Shown here: positions 1-12,711 of the stretch, in pieces
How the letters are laid out: each line of letters starts with the position of its first letter
How positions within the stretch are numbered: position 1 is the first letter of the stretch
Source: Octopus vulgaris
Taxonomy: Eukaryota
DNA: 64,000 nt
Direction: 5' to 3'
Assembly (NCBI GenBank): GCA_951406725.2
Contig: OX597822.1
Location: 56,110,001 to 56,174,000 of the forward strand
The notes under the pieces: generated by a model
Seen by the model: the letters and a program-made list of their open reading frames with translations, nothing else
Told to the model about the DNA's origin: nothing
The model's database searches: none
Translations under genes and position numbers: made by a program

Positions 1-900
1 TCGTAGTCCAACACTTTTTTCTACTTTGTGTTTTGCTTTGAGGGAGGGGTTTGCACTTCTTTGTGTGTTTTTGTTTCTGAAGGGGAGGGTGGGTCTAAGA
101 AGGTGTCGATTGGGGTTTACAGTTCAATTCACTTGCCTTCTTCCCTCTCTTCTTGTGGTCTTTTCCCATTTAACCTGTGTTTCTGCTACTTCCTCTTCCT
201 TTCTGGGGCTGTCTTCTTTTTCCTCCTCCGTATTATTTGGTTGCTTCTCTTCTGCTTTTCTGGTCCATGTCATGCAGTCTGATCTAATGTGACCCTTTAG
301 GTCACATTTAAAGCAGCGTGGAACTCCGCCTTCGACCCTGACTGTCATTACTGTTTCCTCCATTATTTTTGATTCCGTGATTTTTTCCAAACTTTCATTT
401 GTTCCTTGTATTTAGCGTATGTCCCTTCCAATGTACGCAATAATTGATTGCGACCTGGAAAACCACTATGCAATCCTCATTTCCAAGGAGAACAGCGTCT
501 GCCACCCAGGCCACATCAATTTCTGGTGGGATCCCTTCGACATTGATTCTCGTAGCTTTCATTCCTCGGTAAGGGGGCAAAAGCATCACTTGCTCACTCC
601 TGATAGTTGTCGCCGCCCGTTTTCCCTCTGATGCTGCATCTCGAGACCTTGCCTCCATTACACCGAACATCGAACCTTCGTCAGGTACACTATATCATTC
701 CAAATTGGCCTCAGTGCCTTTTCTACCTGTTCTGTAGTGACAATATCTATCTTACCTTTACTTATCGAAAACGTTCGATACGTTATTGTTTTCTCCTTTA
801 TCCTGTTTCGTATTTCTTGCGTTGGCGATAAGTTTACCTCGAAACCATCACGATACATTTCACCTCAATATTCAATTCGGTCTCCTGACATTTTGCCACA
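1..900 (-). mobile_element. Degenerate non-LTR retrotransposon ORF1 (gag-like, L1/Tx1-type), frameshifted
   Basis: Consecutive minus-strand ORF fragments 658-858, 395-670 and 124-390 in different frames. They include an RRM-like segment (TRINVEGIPPEID) and a CCHC zinc knuckle CFKCDLKGHIRSDC followed by an E/K-rich tail. Clade assignment is inference. Confidence 0.65.
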
Positions 901-1646
901 TCGACAAAATTTCTTTTATCCGCTTTCAGTTTATAGTCCATTTTCAGGGCCACCTCCAATAACTCTTCCTCGACCGACGATATGTCTGAGAAGCTATAAT
1001 TTCTACAGACATGCCTTTGCCAAGCTATCTCTCCTCTTACGACAAAAGAAAGCACAAACAAACAAACGAAGACGCACAAACCGTTGTGAAGCAGCACAGA
1101 TATATTTTAACTGATACTTTCGACAAATATAGTTTTTAGACGCAGATAATATAAAATGTATGCAAAATTATAAAATTATAAAGTGGTCAAAGTATTTCTT
1201 TTATATTTTTATTTGTATAATTGCATGCTGCCAATTTAAATTTTTTAATTTAATGCGACTGTAAATGTCCATTTATTATAGATTACATGTACACGGGTTC
1301 TAATTATAAGAATACCTATTCAGCATTCATTTAATGAATAATTTATGACATGTAAATGAGCGTATACTCAAATAATTTATCTATCAATCTGTTTGTAAGT
1401 ATCACCTTATTTTGATATCACTACAAAAAACAAAACGTATATATATATAATACAAATAAGAAAATGGAGAAACAAATTTATTTCAGTCAACTTACAGATA
1501 TTACCATTTCATATTATTTATTAACTATATAAATAGGAACATCCAAATCGAACAAAACAATATACATCAATATGCAAGATAATAATAAGATATGAAAGAT
1601 ATATATATAGTCGCTAATCTAAATCTTTATTAGATCTTATATAATA

Positions 1647-2115
1647 CTAGCAGCTAAGCCCGGTTTCGCCCGGTTGGTTTGGATGATATGGCAGTAAAAC
1701 CTGCTCTGTGTAAGCATTCGACTTGTTTGGGCACGCTTACGTTAAGAAACAAATTTACAATGACTTTTTTCTGTCAAAACGCTAAAAATAACTGACTGAA
1801 AAGAAAACCAACCAAGATTCATCCAAATCAAAGACATAAACCCAAATACTAAGCGAACAAAGATGAACTATCCCACCTCCATTACGCGCGCACATGCACA
1901 CACACAAACACTCAGACACACACATTCACATTCACATACCCCATTTTACATGCACACACATATATTCACACAGAGTTGAAACGCCGTTTGATATATTTTT
2001 TCAGCGTACACTTTTCAACATCTCACTACCAAGTATGACATCACCCCTTCCTTCCTTATTCATGTATCAATCCTTCCTTTCTCATTCATAAACACAAGAG
2101 TATTATTGTAGTAGA
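1647..2115 (-). mobile_element. Non-autonomous Helitron (~470 bp)
   Basis: The minus strand begins TCTACTACAATAATA and ends CTAG. An imperfect GC hairpin (CCGG-TTTCGC-CCGG, 1660-1673) lies about 10 nt inside the CTAG end. The element sits between A and T with no TSD. Confidence 0.65.
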
Positions 2116-2259
2116 TTACCTCAGTAACCATAGGAGCTATGAAAAAAATACGAAGCCCAGCATCACCATCGGATCATTCTACACATATCTATAAGGTTTC
2201 GCGCAATTCCACCCTGCTGTTTGACCATGAATCCCAAGAGAAGATAGAATCGCCCATCC

Positions 2260-2930
2260 CAAATTTATATATATAGGTTTAAAGGTTTTATAAAACCTAT
2301 ATCTATATGTTGAAAACGCTTCTGATTGACAATCTATTAAGTTCTTATGTTTATATAATAATATATATAGTGATTCCTTCGTACAAAGACGGCAACTATT
2401 AGATTTATATGTGTATGGTGTGGCTGGATCTATTACTAACCAATCTAATCTGTAGTTAACTTTGTTTTTCTTAAGTTTGTGTATATACGTTGCTAATGAA
2501 GTAGTATTAGTAGTTATATTTGGTTTTAAGGAGTGTATGTGTGCTAAAAATCTTTGTTTAAAATTAACAGAACTCCCTATATATTCCATACTACGTGAAT
2601 TATTAGTTAAGGCAACTTTGCACTTGTATATTACGTTAAATCTTCTACAGTTGCATTTTAAAGGGCATAATTCTTTATTTTTACATGAGCAGTTTTTATT
2701 TTTATTTTTATATTTCTGTTCAGATGAATAGTGCCTACTATTATTATGTTTACTTGTTATGGTGTATGGTATTATTATTGAATTTATTGTAATATTATTT
2801 ATCGTAGAGTTAAATATCTTTACTGTTTGTGAAATATTATTGTTATTAGCCTGCGGTGTTATATTATCTAAGGCATCTTGTATATTTTCAAATGTATGGT
2901 TGTTAGAATTTTGCTGGGATTTTGTTATTA
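2260..2930 (-). mobile_element. Penelope-like element 3' fragment, C-terminal GIY-YIG endonuclease
   Basis: ORF 2179-3000 contains CSCKNKELCPLKCNC...VIYKCKV...YIGSSVNFKQRF..H...SLATYIHKLK...W...CRLCTKESLYIL...SEAFSTYRYR, the Cys-rich linker plus GIY-YIG pattern of PLEs. Confidence 0.8.
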
Positions 2931-3494
2931 AGAAGCTCACTGACATCTCTGCAGTAAACCAGCTCTTCCTCTTTTGTGAAGAAAGAAAGGAACTCTGCAT
3001 GCCGATTCCGATAAAAGATTATACAGACATCATTCTCTTGAAGATTCCACTTTTTCAGTCGGGAAGCAGTTCTGTAGAATTTTGGGGAGGTTCAAGTCAC
3101 GAATTAGATCATTTAGTTCTACCAGAGAGAATAGCTGAGGTAAAGTCTCAACTGAAAAGTCTTGGTCTCTAGAGTCATCTTCAGGTAATGATTCTTCTGT
3201 GGGTGAAGGTAAAGTTATCTGAGGCAAGACAGGAACAGAAAGCTCTTCACTGTGTGGAACTGGTCTAGCAGCAGAGGCAAGATTAGAATAGACAAGCATT
3301 TGTCGACTTTTCCGGTTAAAACCCTTCAAATTTAGGTTACAAAAATAGCATCTGTTCACGTGATTATAGTGGTCAATAACTTAATAATTAGATCTGATAT
3401 GTCAAAAAAGAAGGTTATATTTGGATTCAAGAGACCGATTTTGTATAGGGATGATGTCTATTGCCTAAACACTAAAAAATCTTGTTGACCAGTG
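2931..3494 (-). mobile_element. Chapaev3-like (CMC superfamily) DNA transposon, 5' end with internally deleted transposase fragment
   Basis: Terminus CACTGGTCAACAAGATTTTT on the minus strand at 3494. Peptide CYFCNLNLKGFNRK...SAARPVPHSEEL...ELNDLIRDLNLPK, then in another frame YRNRHAEFLSFFTKEEELVYCRDVSELL. Family named from recalled motifs. Confidence 0.65.
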
Positions 3495-3552
3495 TAATTA
3501 AATAAATAAATTGAAAAATAGGTATATATATATATATACACCCAGTATACGG

Positions 3553-3564
3553 ATAGATAGATTT

Positions 3565-3638
<74 letters not shown>
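3553..3638. repeat. (GATA)n microsatellite
   Basis: Direct reading. Confidence 0.95.
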
Positions 3639-3640
<2 letters not shown>

Positions 3641-4199
3641 AATACATGCTGAATATACCGTGCCATCTTCAGACTAGAATGCCTTGATAGACTTTTGGAA
3701 TCCGTGAAAACGAAGAAAATCCTTCGTTTTGACAGGAACTTTTCAAATTCTCTTTCCACCTTGATCGTAATTGGGGAAAGCATTTTACGATGTTTTCTTT
3801 TTTCTTTGCCCCTACGAAGCGAACTTGAAAACAATATACGTCATTTCGGTAAAAAAAAAGATTAAAATCAATATTTAAGAATTTTTAAACCCTTTCTCCT
3901 CTGTCAGTACCAATTTTTGCCATTTTTCATTTTTCTTTTTTGCACTACGCACTTCAAGGTAAAAAGAAAAATTTTTTTTATGTTTGAGGTGGGGGAAAAA
4001 AGAAAATTACATTGTTTTTTGCAAAAAAATAATAATAAACATATACAAAAATTAAAAAATAGTTCCACCGATACATTGTGAGGTCTTTGTGTATCTCGAA
4101 TTTAATGATAGTTCTTGAAAAAATTACCTTGGAGGATTGAGATCCATGTGATTAAATCCATGTGCTGTTTAATTTAATTAAGGATGTCTGTTAAGTGAA

Positions 4200-5095
4200 T
4201 GTCAAAGCAGGAAGTAGTTGTTCAGTTCCTGTGAGTAAGGGGAGACAACTCTGTGGGTTTTAAGCTCTTCAATTTGGGTTTATCAATTCTTTGTAATAAA
4301 GGGTGTTAATAAACCTTAAATTATAACATTATCATTTTAGCTTCATTTGCATTATCTTTTTTAATTTTTTTATATAATTGTTTGCTAACTTAACATTCAG
4401 ATTTTAACACTTTATTTATATTGTTTTCTAATTATATACACCAATTTATAATTACTTTTCAGATTGTTATGTCATATATAATAAAAGTAAAAATAATAAT
4501 AATGATAACATAATAATAATGATAAATAAAGAATATAAGTTTTAGCTTGAAGTGATGACTGTATGGTATCCTTATATATTTGTATTAGTCCATCCATGAA
4601 GAATGAGGTAGAAGAAAGAAGTATGATCAACGAGGAGTTTGCATATTAAGATGCGTTTTGAATTTTTCAATAAAAAGATTCTCCTTGTTAATTCTCTCCT
4701 GTGTGGTGATTCCATCTTTACATTGGTAGAAGGAGAATATGTAAAATTTGGGATTTTTGTCTTTAGCGCATGAGTCTATGTGGCCACTCAGTGGAATTTG
4801 CCGGTATTCCGGGAGATTTATTTGTTCTTTATGGACCGCTACTCTTTTACGTAAAGGGAGGCTCGTTTGTCCAACATAATTACGTTGGCAACCGGTGCAT
4901 GTGAGAACGTAGATAAGGTTCTCGGAGGAACAGGAGAAGCTGGTCTTGATTTTAAACTTCGTTCCTTGTTTGAAGATAAATTCAGAACCTTCAAGTAGGA
5001 AGGGGCAGGTGCCACAGTTTGGGCGTGCACATTTTTTAACTGCTGGGGGTGGATGTGGTGTGTGAAGTTTGGCGTTTGTCAAGAGTTTTTTTAAA
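4200..5095 (-). mobile_element. Penelope-like element 3' fragment (second family), GIY-YIG domain plus 3' non-coding tail
   Basis: ORF 4627-5082: CARPNCGTCPF...FSCSSENLIYVLTCTGCQRNYVGQT..LRKRVAVH...KENLFIEKFKTHLN. It is 5'-truncated with no RT. The left boundary is approximate. Confidence 0.85.
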
Positions 5096-5914
5096 TGACC
5101 AATTGTATAGAAATGTCCAATTAAGATATAACCTGACAGTTAAAAACATTACTTAGTATGGTGTACACTTCAAAAAATTAATGCATGAGAATGAAGTTAA
5201 TCTAGACGAGATAGTGTATAAAGAGCTTCTATATAGTTAAATTAAACAAGTGTTAGAGAGACAAAAAGGGTTAAAGAGAGAATAAGATGCGTAAGATGGG
5301 CTTATGTTTGCATAAGAACGAATATTCGTTAGCATGTATTAAATATAAGGTAGAAAATAACTAAAAACAGAAAAAAATAGTTGTTAATATTACAATTTAG
5401 ATAGTAAATACTTGCTGTGGCTATAAAGATGAAAACAGTGAAGTTGAAATATCTAATGGATGTTGGAATACGGAAACATAAGAGAATGTAGGGGAAATAA
5501 ATGAGCTGGGAATGAAGTAGAAGATAAAGGAATTATTTTATATGTATTTATATGTAAGTTATACAGTAACTATGTTTTAGTATAAATAAAAAAATTATGA
5601 GGCATGGAACTAGCTTTGTATAATGCGAGAGGGATATTTAATGGCATTAGGGTAGTTAAAATATTCAAGTAATAGAAGAGTATTGTGTATTAAGAATACA
5701 AGAAAAGGTAAGAGTGTCGGGGTGCACATAAATATACAAAACAAATTGTAGATAATGTCAAAGAAAAATAATGTTATAAGAAAAAAGTATTTGTATATTT
5801 ACTCATACGTGAGTAGATGCATAATTGCACATTAGTATACATATATATAGTAATTCTAGTTGTGTTTTTTATTAGGGTATACATAAAAGAAGGCGCACCG
5901 TACAAATATATACA

Positions 5915-5933
5915 TACATATATATAAATATAA

Positions 5934-6029
<96 letters not shown>

Positions 6030-6041
6030 GATATCTATATC

Positions 6042-6070
<29 letters not shown>
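5915..6070. repeat. (TA)n microsatellite, one of many compound (TA)n/(TG)n/(TACA)n/(GA)n tracts across the window
   Basis: Direct reading. Similar tracts at 6930-7075, 8585-8665, 9420-9592, 16113-16268, 20875-21140, 27455-27545, 33690-33872, 46768-46851, 55935-56048 and 63350-63455. Confidence 0.95.
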
Positions 6071-6073
<3 letters not shown>

Positions 6074-6925
6074 CTCATACCGGTGCAAAGAGAGAAAATG
6101 CACACACATATAGATATAAATACACACACATTAAAAAATAGTATATATATATGTGTGTATGCGAAACATGCGCATATACGCAGATAAACACGTTCATATT
6201 AAAAGATACATGTCAGTGGCAACATATAGTAAATAAATAGAAAATAATAGATATACACACACGGATGACATATAAGATCCATACCTAGATATGCACACAT
6301 AGTTGTATACATGTAGGACACCAAGAAGTACTATATGTGCATATATGTTTGCATATATCAGCAGTAAAATATATTTAATTATCAGGTATAGTGACAAGTA
6401 ACATAAACCATTAATAGTTAGAATGGGTGTGTTGATGGGATTTAAATGGACACATTGTGCTAATAAAATAAAATACAAAAAATATTGGTATATTATGTAC
6501 CAAAGATATAATTTTTAAAAAGAAAACAGACATATTGAGAGAAAAGGAGGTGTAGGGAGAGATAGATAAAGTGTTAGCCCTATATATGGTGAGTGATGCA
6601 ATTATTAGAAGAAAATGTTATATAAAAATACCAAGATTGTGTAAGACATAATGATGTAAAGTGGATGTGATGAATAATCGTATGCCCTAAAAAAGATAAT
6701 ATATAGAAATATTTTTAAAAAACACCAAAATCTAATCTAAGCAAGGAAGAATGAAGAAATATTTAAGATTGATAAATAGGAATTTGGTCATGTGTTTACA
6801 CGAGTAAACTTTCTCATCCCTAGTATTAACGAAATTTCCATTCATCTCATTATGCTATAGTTTTCTTCCAAACACCACCTACATATTTTATTATTATTTC
6901 TATAAGAGAGAATAGAAGATAGGAT

Positions 6926-7018
<93 letters not shown>

Positions 7019-7027
7019 TGTGTGTGT

Positions 7028-7078
<51 letters not shown>

Positions 7079-7420
7079 ACCGGTTTCTCTCTACCAAATC
7101 TACCCACAAGGCTTTCCCAAGGTCCCACGCAGTGGGGCTGAACCCGAAACAGTGTGATTCGGAAACAGGTTTCTTGCTACACAGCTACGCCCGCACTTAT
7201 ATATAATAAAAGCATAAGCTGGCAGACAGGTATCAAGCCACTTTATTCCTTTTTTTTTTGTACTAATACAAAAACCAAATAAACTAGTGTATATAGCAGG
7301 GCGTTAACGAAACCTTTGATTGCGGGAAATCCTTAATAGCTGCGATGTAAACAGGTAGACTCCAGAGAAATAATTGTATGTACCTATTATCTAACGTAAT
7401 TTTAAATCATATTACTCACA

Positions 7421-7451
<31 letters not shown>

Positions 7452-8047
7452 CATAAGTCTATAATTCCCACGGAAACAGGCTACAAAAAGGGAAAGCAAC
7501 TCCCAATATTACACTATAATAAAAGTACAAATAACCTGTGCATACAAAATAACACAAACAAAACCGCCACAAACAAAATATATGACTGAGGGCGTTTAAA
7601 GCAAAGAATAAAAGGAAAAAAAACTATATTAAAAAGATTATAACACAGTCATATTATCAATAAAATACATGGATAGAAGCGTGTGTGTTTTCTAATATTC
7701 TGTTAATATCAAAACATAAACTATGTTCCCTATGACGCTTTTTTTTCTTATCTACCATATTTTCTTTTCCGACCCTATAATCTGATTTATTTTCTAATTT
7801 TTCTGTTATTGATTTAGTATATTATTTTTTTCGTGTTACTGCCCGAGTTTTGTGACTATGCGTCTTATCTTTATTAGCTTCCAGTATTGTGTCAGTAGTA
7901 ATGAATGAAAGTTCTAACAAGAGACAGGCTTAGAGCGTAATAAATCTAAATGAATTAAACATACATGAATACAAAAGCTACATACGAAATATACATGCAT
8001 GCATGAATACATACATACATACATACATATATACATACATACATACA

Positions 8048-8195
8048 TGGTAACAAGCTTGCTTCTCAACTTCATGGTTTCGAGTTCAGTCCCACTGACT
8101 GGCAACTTGGGCAAGTGTCTTTTACTATAGCTTCGGGCCGACCAGAACTTAGTAAGTGGATTTGGTAGACTGAAACAGAAAGAAGCCCATCGTCG

Positions 8196-8238
<43 letters not shown>

Positions 8239-8580
8239 TTAGAGACAGGTGTTCTCTATATAGAATACACTTCGAAGTGTACATGTGTTGCGTATAAGAC
8301 AGTCTTACTTACAGAATATAAATAATGTCAGGAGTTAAATGAGAAGATTTTTACGAGTCCAAAAGATGTTTCTGAGGGCTTAGTGGTCTGGAATAATGAT
8401 AGTTACTGGGATCCATTATAGAATAACACCGCCTCCATCTTCAGGAAAGAATACACGTTGGAGAATTTTACATTTGAGGTATTTTCAAGATTGAATTTAC
8501 ATACACATCCTTTTTTTCTATTAAACGTAATTAATATTCTGTGTAAATTGACTAACCTAACTTGCTTCTCATTACATCTA

Positions 8581-8667
<87 letters not shown>

Positions 8668-9092
8668 CCCAAAATAAGCAACAAGAATGGATCCGGTAAT
8701 TTAGTACAATTGTTTCATACTATAATATTTTGGTCTGGTTGGCATCCTAACTATACTACCTCATGTTCCTGAAATTCATATCTACATCTTTATCTGTATA
8801 TTTACCTTCCCTAAGATGTTATTAATTGATTTGAGAACTTTATATTATTGGAAAACCTATATAAAATTAGCTGAAGATTACTCGACATATTATATCTGCT
8901 GTAATATTTACAACTTTTAATAAAATGTTATAGTATGAAACAATTGTACTAAATTACCGGATCCATTCTTGTTGCTTATTTTTGATTATAATCACCCCGC
9001 ATATTTTTATGGGTAATACCATAAAAAAATTCTGGTGCATCTAGATTAAGTACCATATTCATTTGAATCTAAATTGTTTGCTGAACTTATAT

Positions 9093-9179
<87 letters not shown>

Positions 9180-9385
9180 CTAGATGTGTATAGGTGTGTG
9201 TATGTATTTATGTTGTCCCCTCGCCATCGCTTATCAAACGATGCTGGTGTGTTTATGTGCCGTAACTTGGTAGTTCGACTAAAGAGACCGATAGAATAAG
9301 TACTATGCCTTCAAAGAATAAATCCCAGGGACTAAAGTATCCCTTTAAAGCGGTACTCCAGGATGATTGCAGTCAAATGTTTGGA
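8048..9385 (+). mobile_element. tRNA-derived SINE family A, split by later insertions (head 8048-8200, 3' half 9190-9385)
   Basis: Head has B-box-like GGTTTCGAGTTC and the body CTTGGGCAAGTGTCTTTTACTATAGC. The 3' half (CCATCGCTT...GATAGAATAAGTACTA...CAGTCAAATG) matches uninterrupted copies at 42590-42990 and 52245-52690. Other copies: 7075-7200(-), 11820-12590(-, also split), 17755-18095(+), 37040-37450(-), 38215-38610(-), 43990-44320(+), 54330-54730(+). Confidence 0.8.
8864..8955 (+). ncRNA. Minimal type I hammerhead ribozyme motif inside a foldback element (inverted arms about 8670-8731 and 8922-8983)
   Basis: AATTAG-CTGAAGA(8871-8877)-long stem II-GAAAC(8937-8941)-AATT-GTA(8946-8948)-CTAAATT. 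Stem III ACAATTGT is palindromic. Stem I is short (TTAG/CTAA). Confidence 0.6.
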
Positions 9386-9609
9386 ACAATATATATACAC
9401 ACATACATTCATGCAATAAAAACATACATAAATACGTACATACATACATACATACATTCATACATACATACATACATACGTACATACATACATACATACA
9501 TACATACATACATACATACATACATACATACATACTTACATACATACGAACATACATACATACGAACATATATACATACGAACATACATACATGATATCT
9601 GCAACCTAT

Positions 9610-9840
9610 TGTTCGAGTATTGCCATCTCCTGATCGACAGTCCCACACATGTGATGATGACTCTTCAGTCCAGCTAAAGATCTACATTCTTTTCCATACA
9701 GTTGGCTAGTGTGAATGACGTTGGAGCTCTTTTGCGAACTCGTTCCTTATTGCCATTTACGTCAGTACAATTTCTACTTTGCGTGTGAATGATTGTCTTT
9801 TAAGGGTACGACCAGCCATTCCCATTTTTGTGAGAGGTCT
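9610..9840 (-). mobile_element. RTE-clade LINE 3' remnant
   Basis: The minus strand translates GKECRSLAGLKSHHH, resembling the C-terminal zinc-finger-like motif of RTE/BovB ORFs. Confidence 0.5.
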
Positions 9841-11250
9841 TACATTTTCAAGTTATACTGAGCATGATAATTTTTATAGTGAGGAAAAGATATGCACAAA
9901 TGTAATCCCACACTCTGTACATGGACAACATAAACTCGAAGAGAAGAACTAGTCTACATCCATACATACATTCATACATACAGAAATGCAGTAAGGTGGC
10001 AGAACCGTTAGTGTGTCGGACAAAATGCACAGATCTAAGTACAGAGTGGTATAGTTGAGATGGAGAGTTGAAATAATTCGAAATTAATTGCAATTATAAA
10101 GCTATTCCTCTTAACCAAAATTTCTTCTCACAGAGCTAGAGGAAGAACCGAAAAGAGAAACTTCAATTGGCCACTACCTTAATTTTAAAGGAACTGTGGA
10201 CATATGTGTGTATCCATATGTGCGCGTTTTGTGGGTATGTTTATATGTATACACACGTGTGTGTATAATTATATGTACGATTATATGCATGATTATATAC
10301 AAACGCAAATATATATTTCGCACTTTCCAGAGCGTCAAACTAGTACACCTGTTTGTTGTTCACGCACCTGTCTTCGTCTTCTGTTTTTCTGTAAATTTCA
10401 ACTATATATATATATATACATATATATATGCACACACATACACACACACACACACACACAGACACACACACACACGCATACATAACTAATAGTTTGAAGA
10501 AAACAGAGTACATATATTTACTCCTCAATCATTCTGCAGTCATATTAAGTTTTTCTTTTGCCTACGTGACGTTTCAGCCACTTGTCAGTGTACATATTGC
10601 ACTTCAACGTGCGTTACGATGTAATAAATAAACAAGGGCTTCTTCTGAACATTTTAACTGCTAATTTTCGTTTCTCTCGAATGGAGAATTACTCCATATG
10701 AATGGTAAAACTTATTTACTTATACACACACGCACACACACACACATATATATATAATATACATACACATGCATATAGATGCATGTATATACATACACAC
10801 ACACACACACGCGCATAAATGAACAGGTATATTTTGCGTACAAAAACATGGTAGATTATTAATTAGTATATACAGACAATTTAATCTAAGTATTGCGATA
10901 AACGTTATCCTGAAAACAGTAAAATTCCGAGACTTAATATTAAGCTCAAACCATGATAAGTAAGTCTCATACAATAAGACGAATGAAGAATATAAGTACA
11001 TTAACGAAACCTTTAATTATCCGTCTGCTTTCATTAAATGCATCATTAGTAAATATCAGTAGATGTATTTTCACTCCTTAATGCCATAGAGCATTCAATG
11101 TCATGATAAAGAATATAGCACTAATCTAATAAGATTAACTAAGGAAAGCAACAGAAAAATAAAATGATTTAATTGAAAACTGAGAAGTACGCCCATTAAT
11201 ATAATAAGATGATGCTAATTATGCTAAGTACGTTTGTTCACGTTTCTCAG

Positions 11251-11286
11251 AGATACCGCAAACGTTTTAATAGAAACTCCGTGAAG
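11251..11286 (+). CDS. CRHBP: Candidate 36-nt microexon of the CRH-BP gene (RYRKRFNRNSVK)
   Basis: Branch-like GCTAAT/GCTAAG upstream, acceptor GTTTCTCAG, strong donor AAG/GTAAGA. The only stop-free frame is phase 0-0, compatible with the phase-0 start of the 38130 exon. No homology support. Confidence 0.4.
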
Positions 11287-11483
11287 GTAAGATATATGTG
11301 TTTAGGAAATATAAGTTCTAAGATATTCAACCTCAACAAAATTGACAGAAACACTACACAATCATGACAATACTAATGTAACTATAGAAATATAGTAATA
11401 TATATCTGTACACTGAGTTTCAATTCTAGAAATCTTTCCTACAACCCAAAACATATATTGTCGTATAATAGCATTGAAAAATA

Positions 11484-11790
11484 TTAGGTTGTTTCACGTG
11501 AAATGTCGCATTTTTAATTACTTCTTATTTCAGTCATTTAAAAACTCAATTATGTCTACCATGCATTTAATCTTGACTCTTTTTTTTTTCAAAAATATTG
11601 GTATACAAAATTCGTACCCGCAGACATTATGAAAATGATACAGCCAAACTATGAAACTATGGTGAGTGAGTTTCTCGTAAGAGTACAAACTGGGTCACTC
11701 CGCTGCAGGTCTACGGAATATCAAGCGGGCTTTTGCTAATGGTTTTGTTGACATCAGAACTGTTCAGAGATTGTGCCAACGCTTGTTTAC
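11484..11790 (+). mobile_element. Mariner 5' fragment, degenerate HTH region
   Basis: Starts TTAGGTTG. Translates approximately EYKLGHSAA...RNIKRAFANGFVDIRTVQRLCQR, similar to the N-terminus of Hsmar1-type transposases. Confidence 0.55.
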
Positions 11791-12054
11791 TCTTGTGGGT
11801 TCGAGGTCGAACCCACAAGTCATTTGACTGCAGCCATACTGGAACATCGACTTAAAGAGTGTTAGTCGAAGAAATCGACCCCATGTCATATTCTTTGTAA
11901 GCCTAGTCCTCATTCTATCGGGCTCATTTGTCGAACTGCTAAGTTACGCGAACAAAAACACACCAGCATCGGTTGTCACGCGATGGCGGTGGGACAAAAG
12001 CAGACACACACAAACACACACACACACACACACACACATATGTATGTATGTATG

Positions 12055-12113
<59 letters not shown>

Positions 12114-12661
12114 GAGAAATAACCTCTATCAAGTAATTCAATGGTGAAAGACATTACCTATATCATATAGGAAAAATTTAAATATTCTATAATAAATATT
12201 CTAAAAATCACTAAATTAAATAAACATTAAATTGAGAATAATATTTATATTTTTTTCTATATAATATAGATAATGTCATTCACTATTGAATTACTTAATA
12301 GACATTATTTCTCTTAATTATATACATATATTATATATTGGGAAAATTGATTTAGAATTGCTAAATTGAATTTTTCCCGGTAAGTTTGGAATGATATTCC
12401 CTACTATTATATATATATATATATATATACACATATATACACCGGGCTCCTTCCAGTTTCCGTCTGCCAATTCCACTCACAAGGCTTTAGTTGGCCTGAG
12501 GCAATAGTAGAAGACACTTGCCCAAGGTGCTACGCAGTGGGACTGAAACCGGAACCGCAAGGTTTGGATGCATGCTTCTTACCACACAGAAAGACAAAGA
12601 AATAGACTGACAGATAGGCAGGCAGGCAGACAGACAGCCAGGTACAGACCGACAGACACAT

Positions 12662-12711
<50 letters not shown>

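Noticed and set aside
10133-10195. Possible additional exon after TTCTTCTCACAG
   Set aside because: No convincing donor site and no signal-peptide-like or CRH-BP-like translation.
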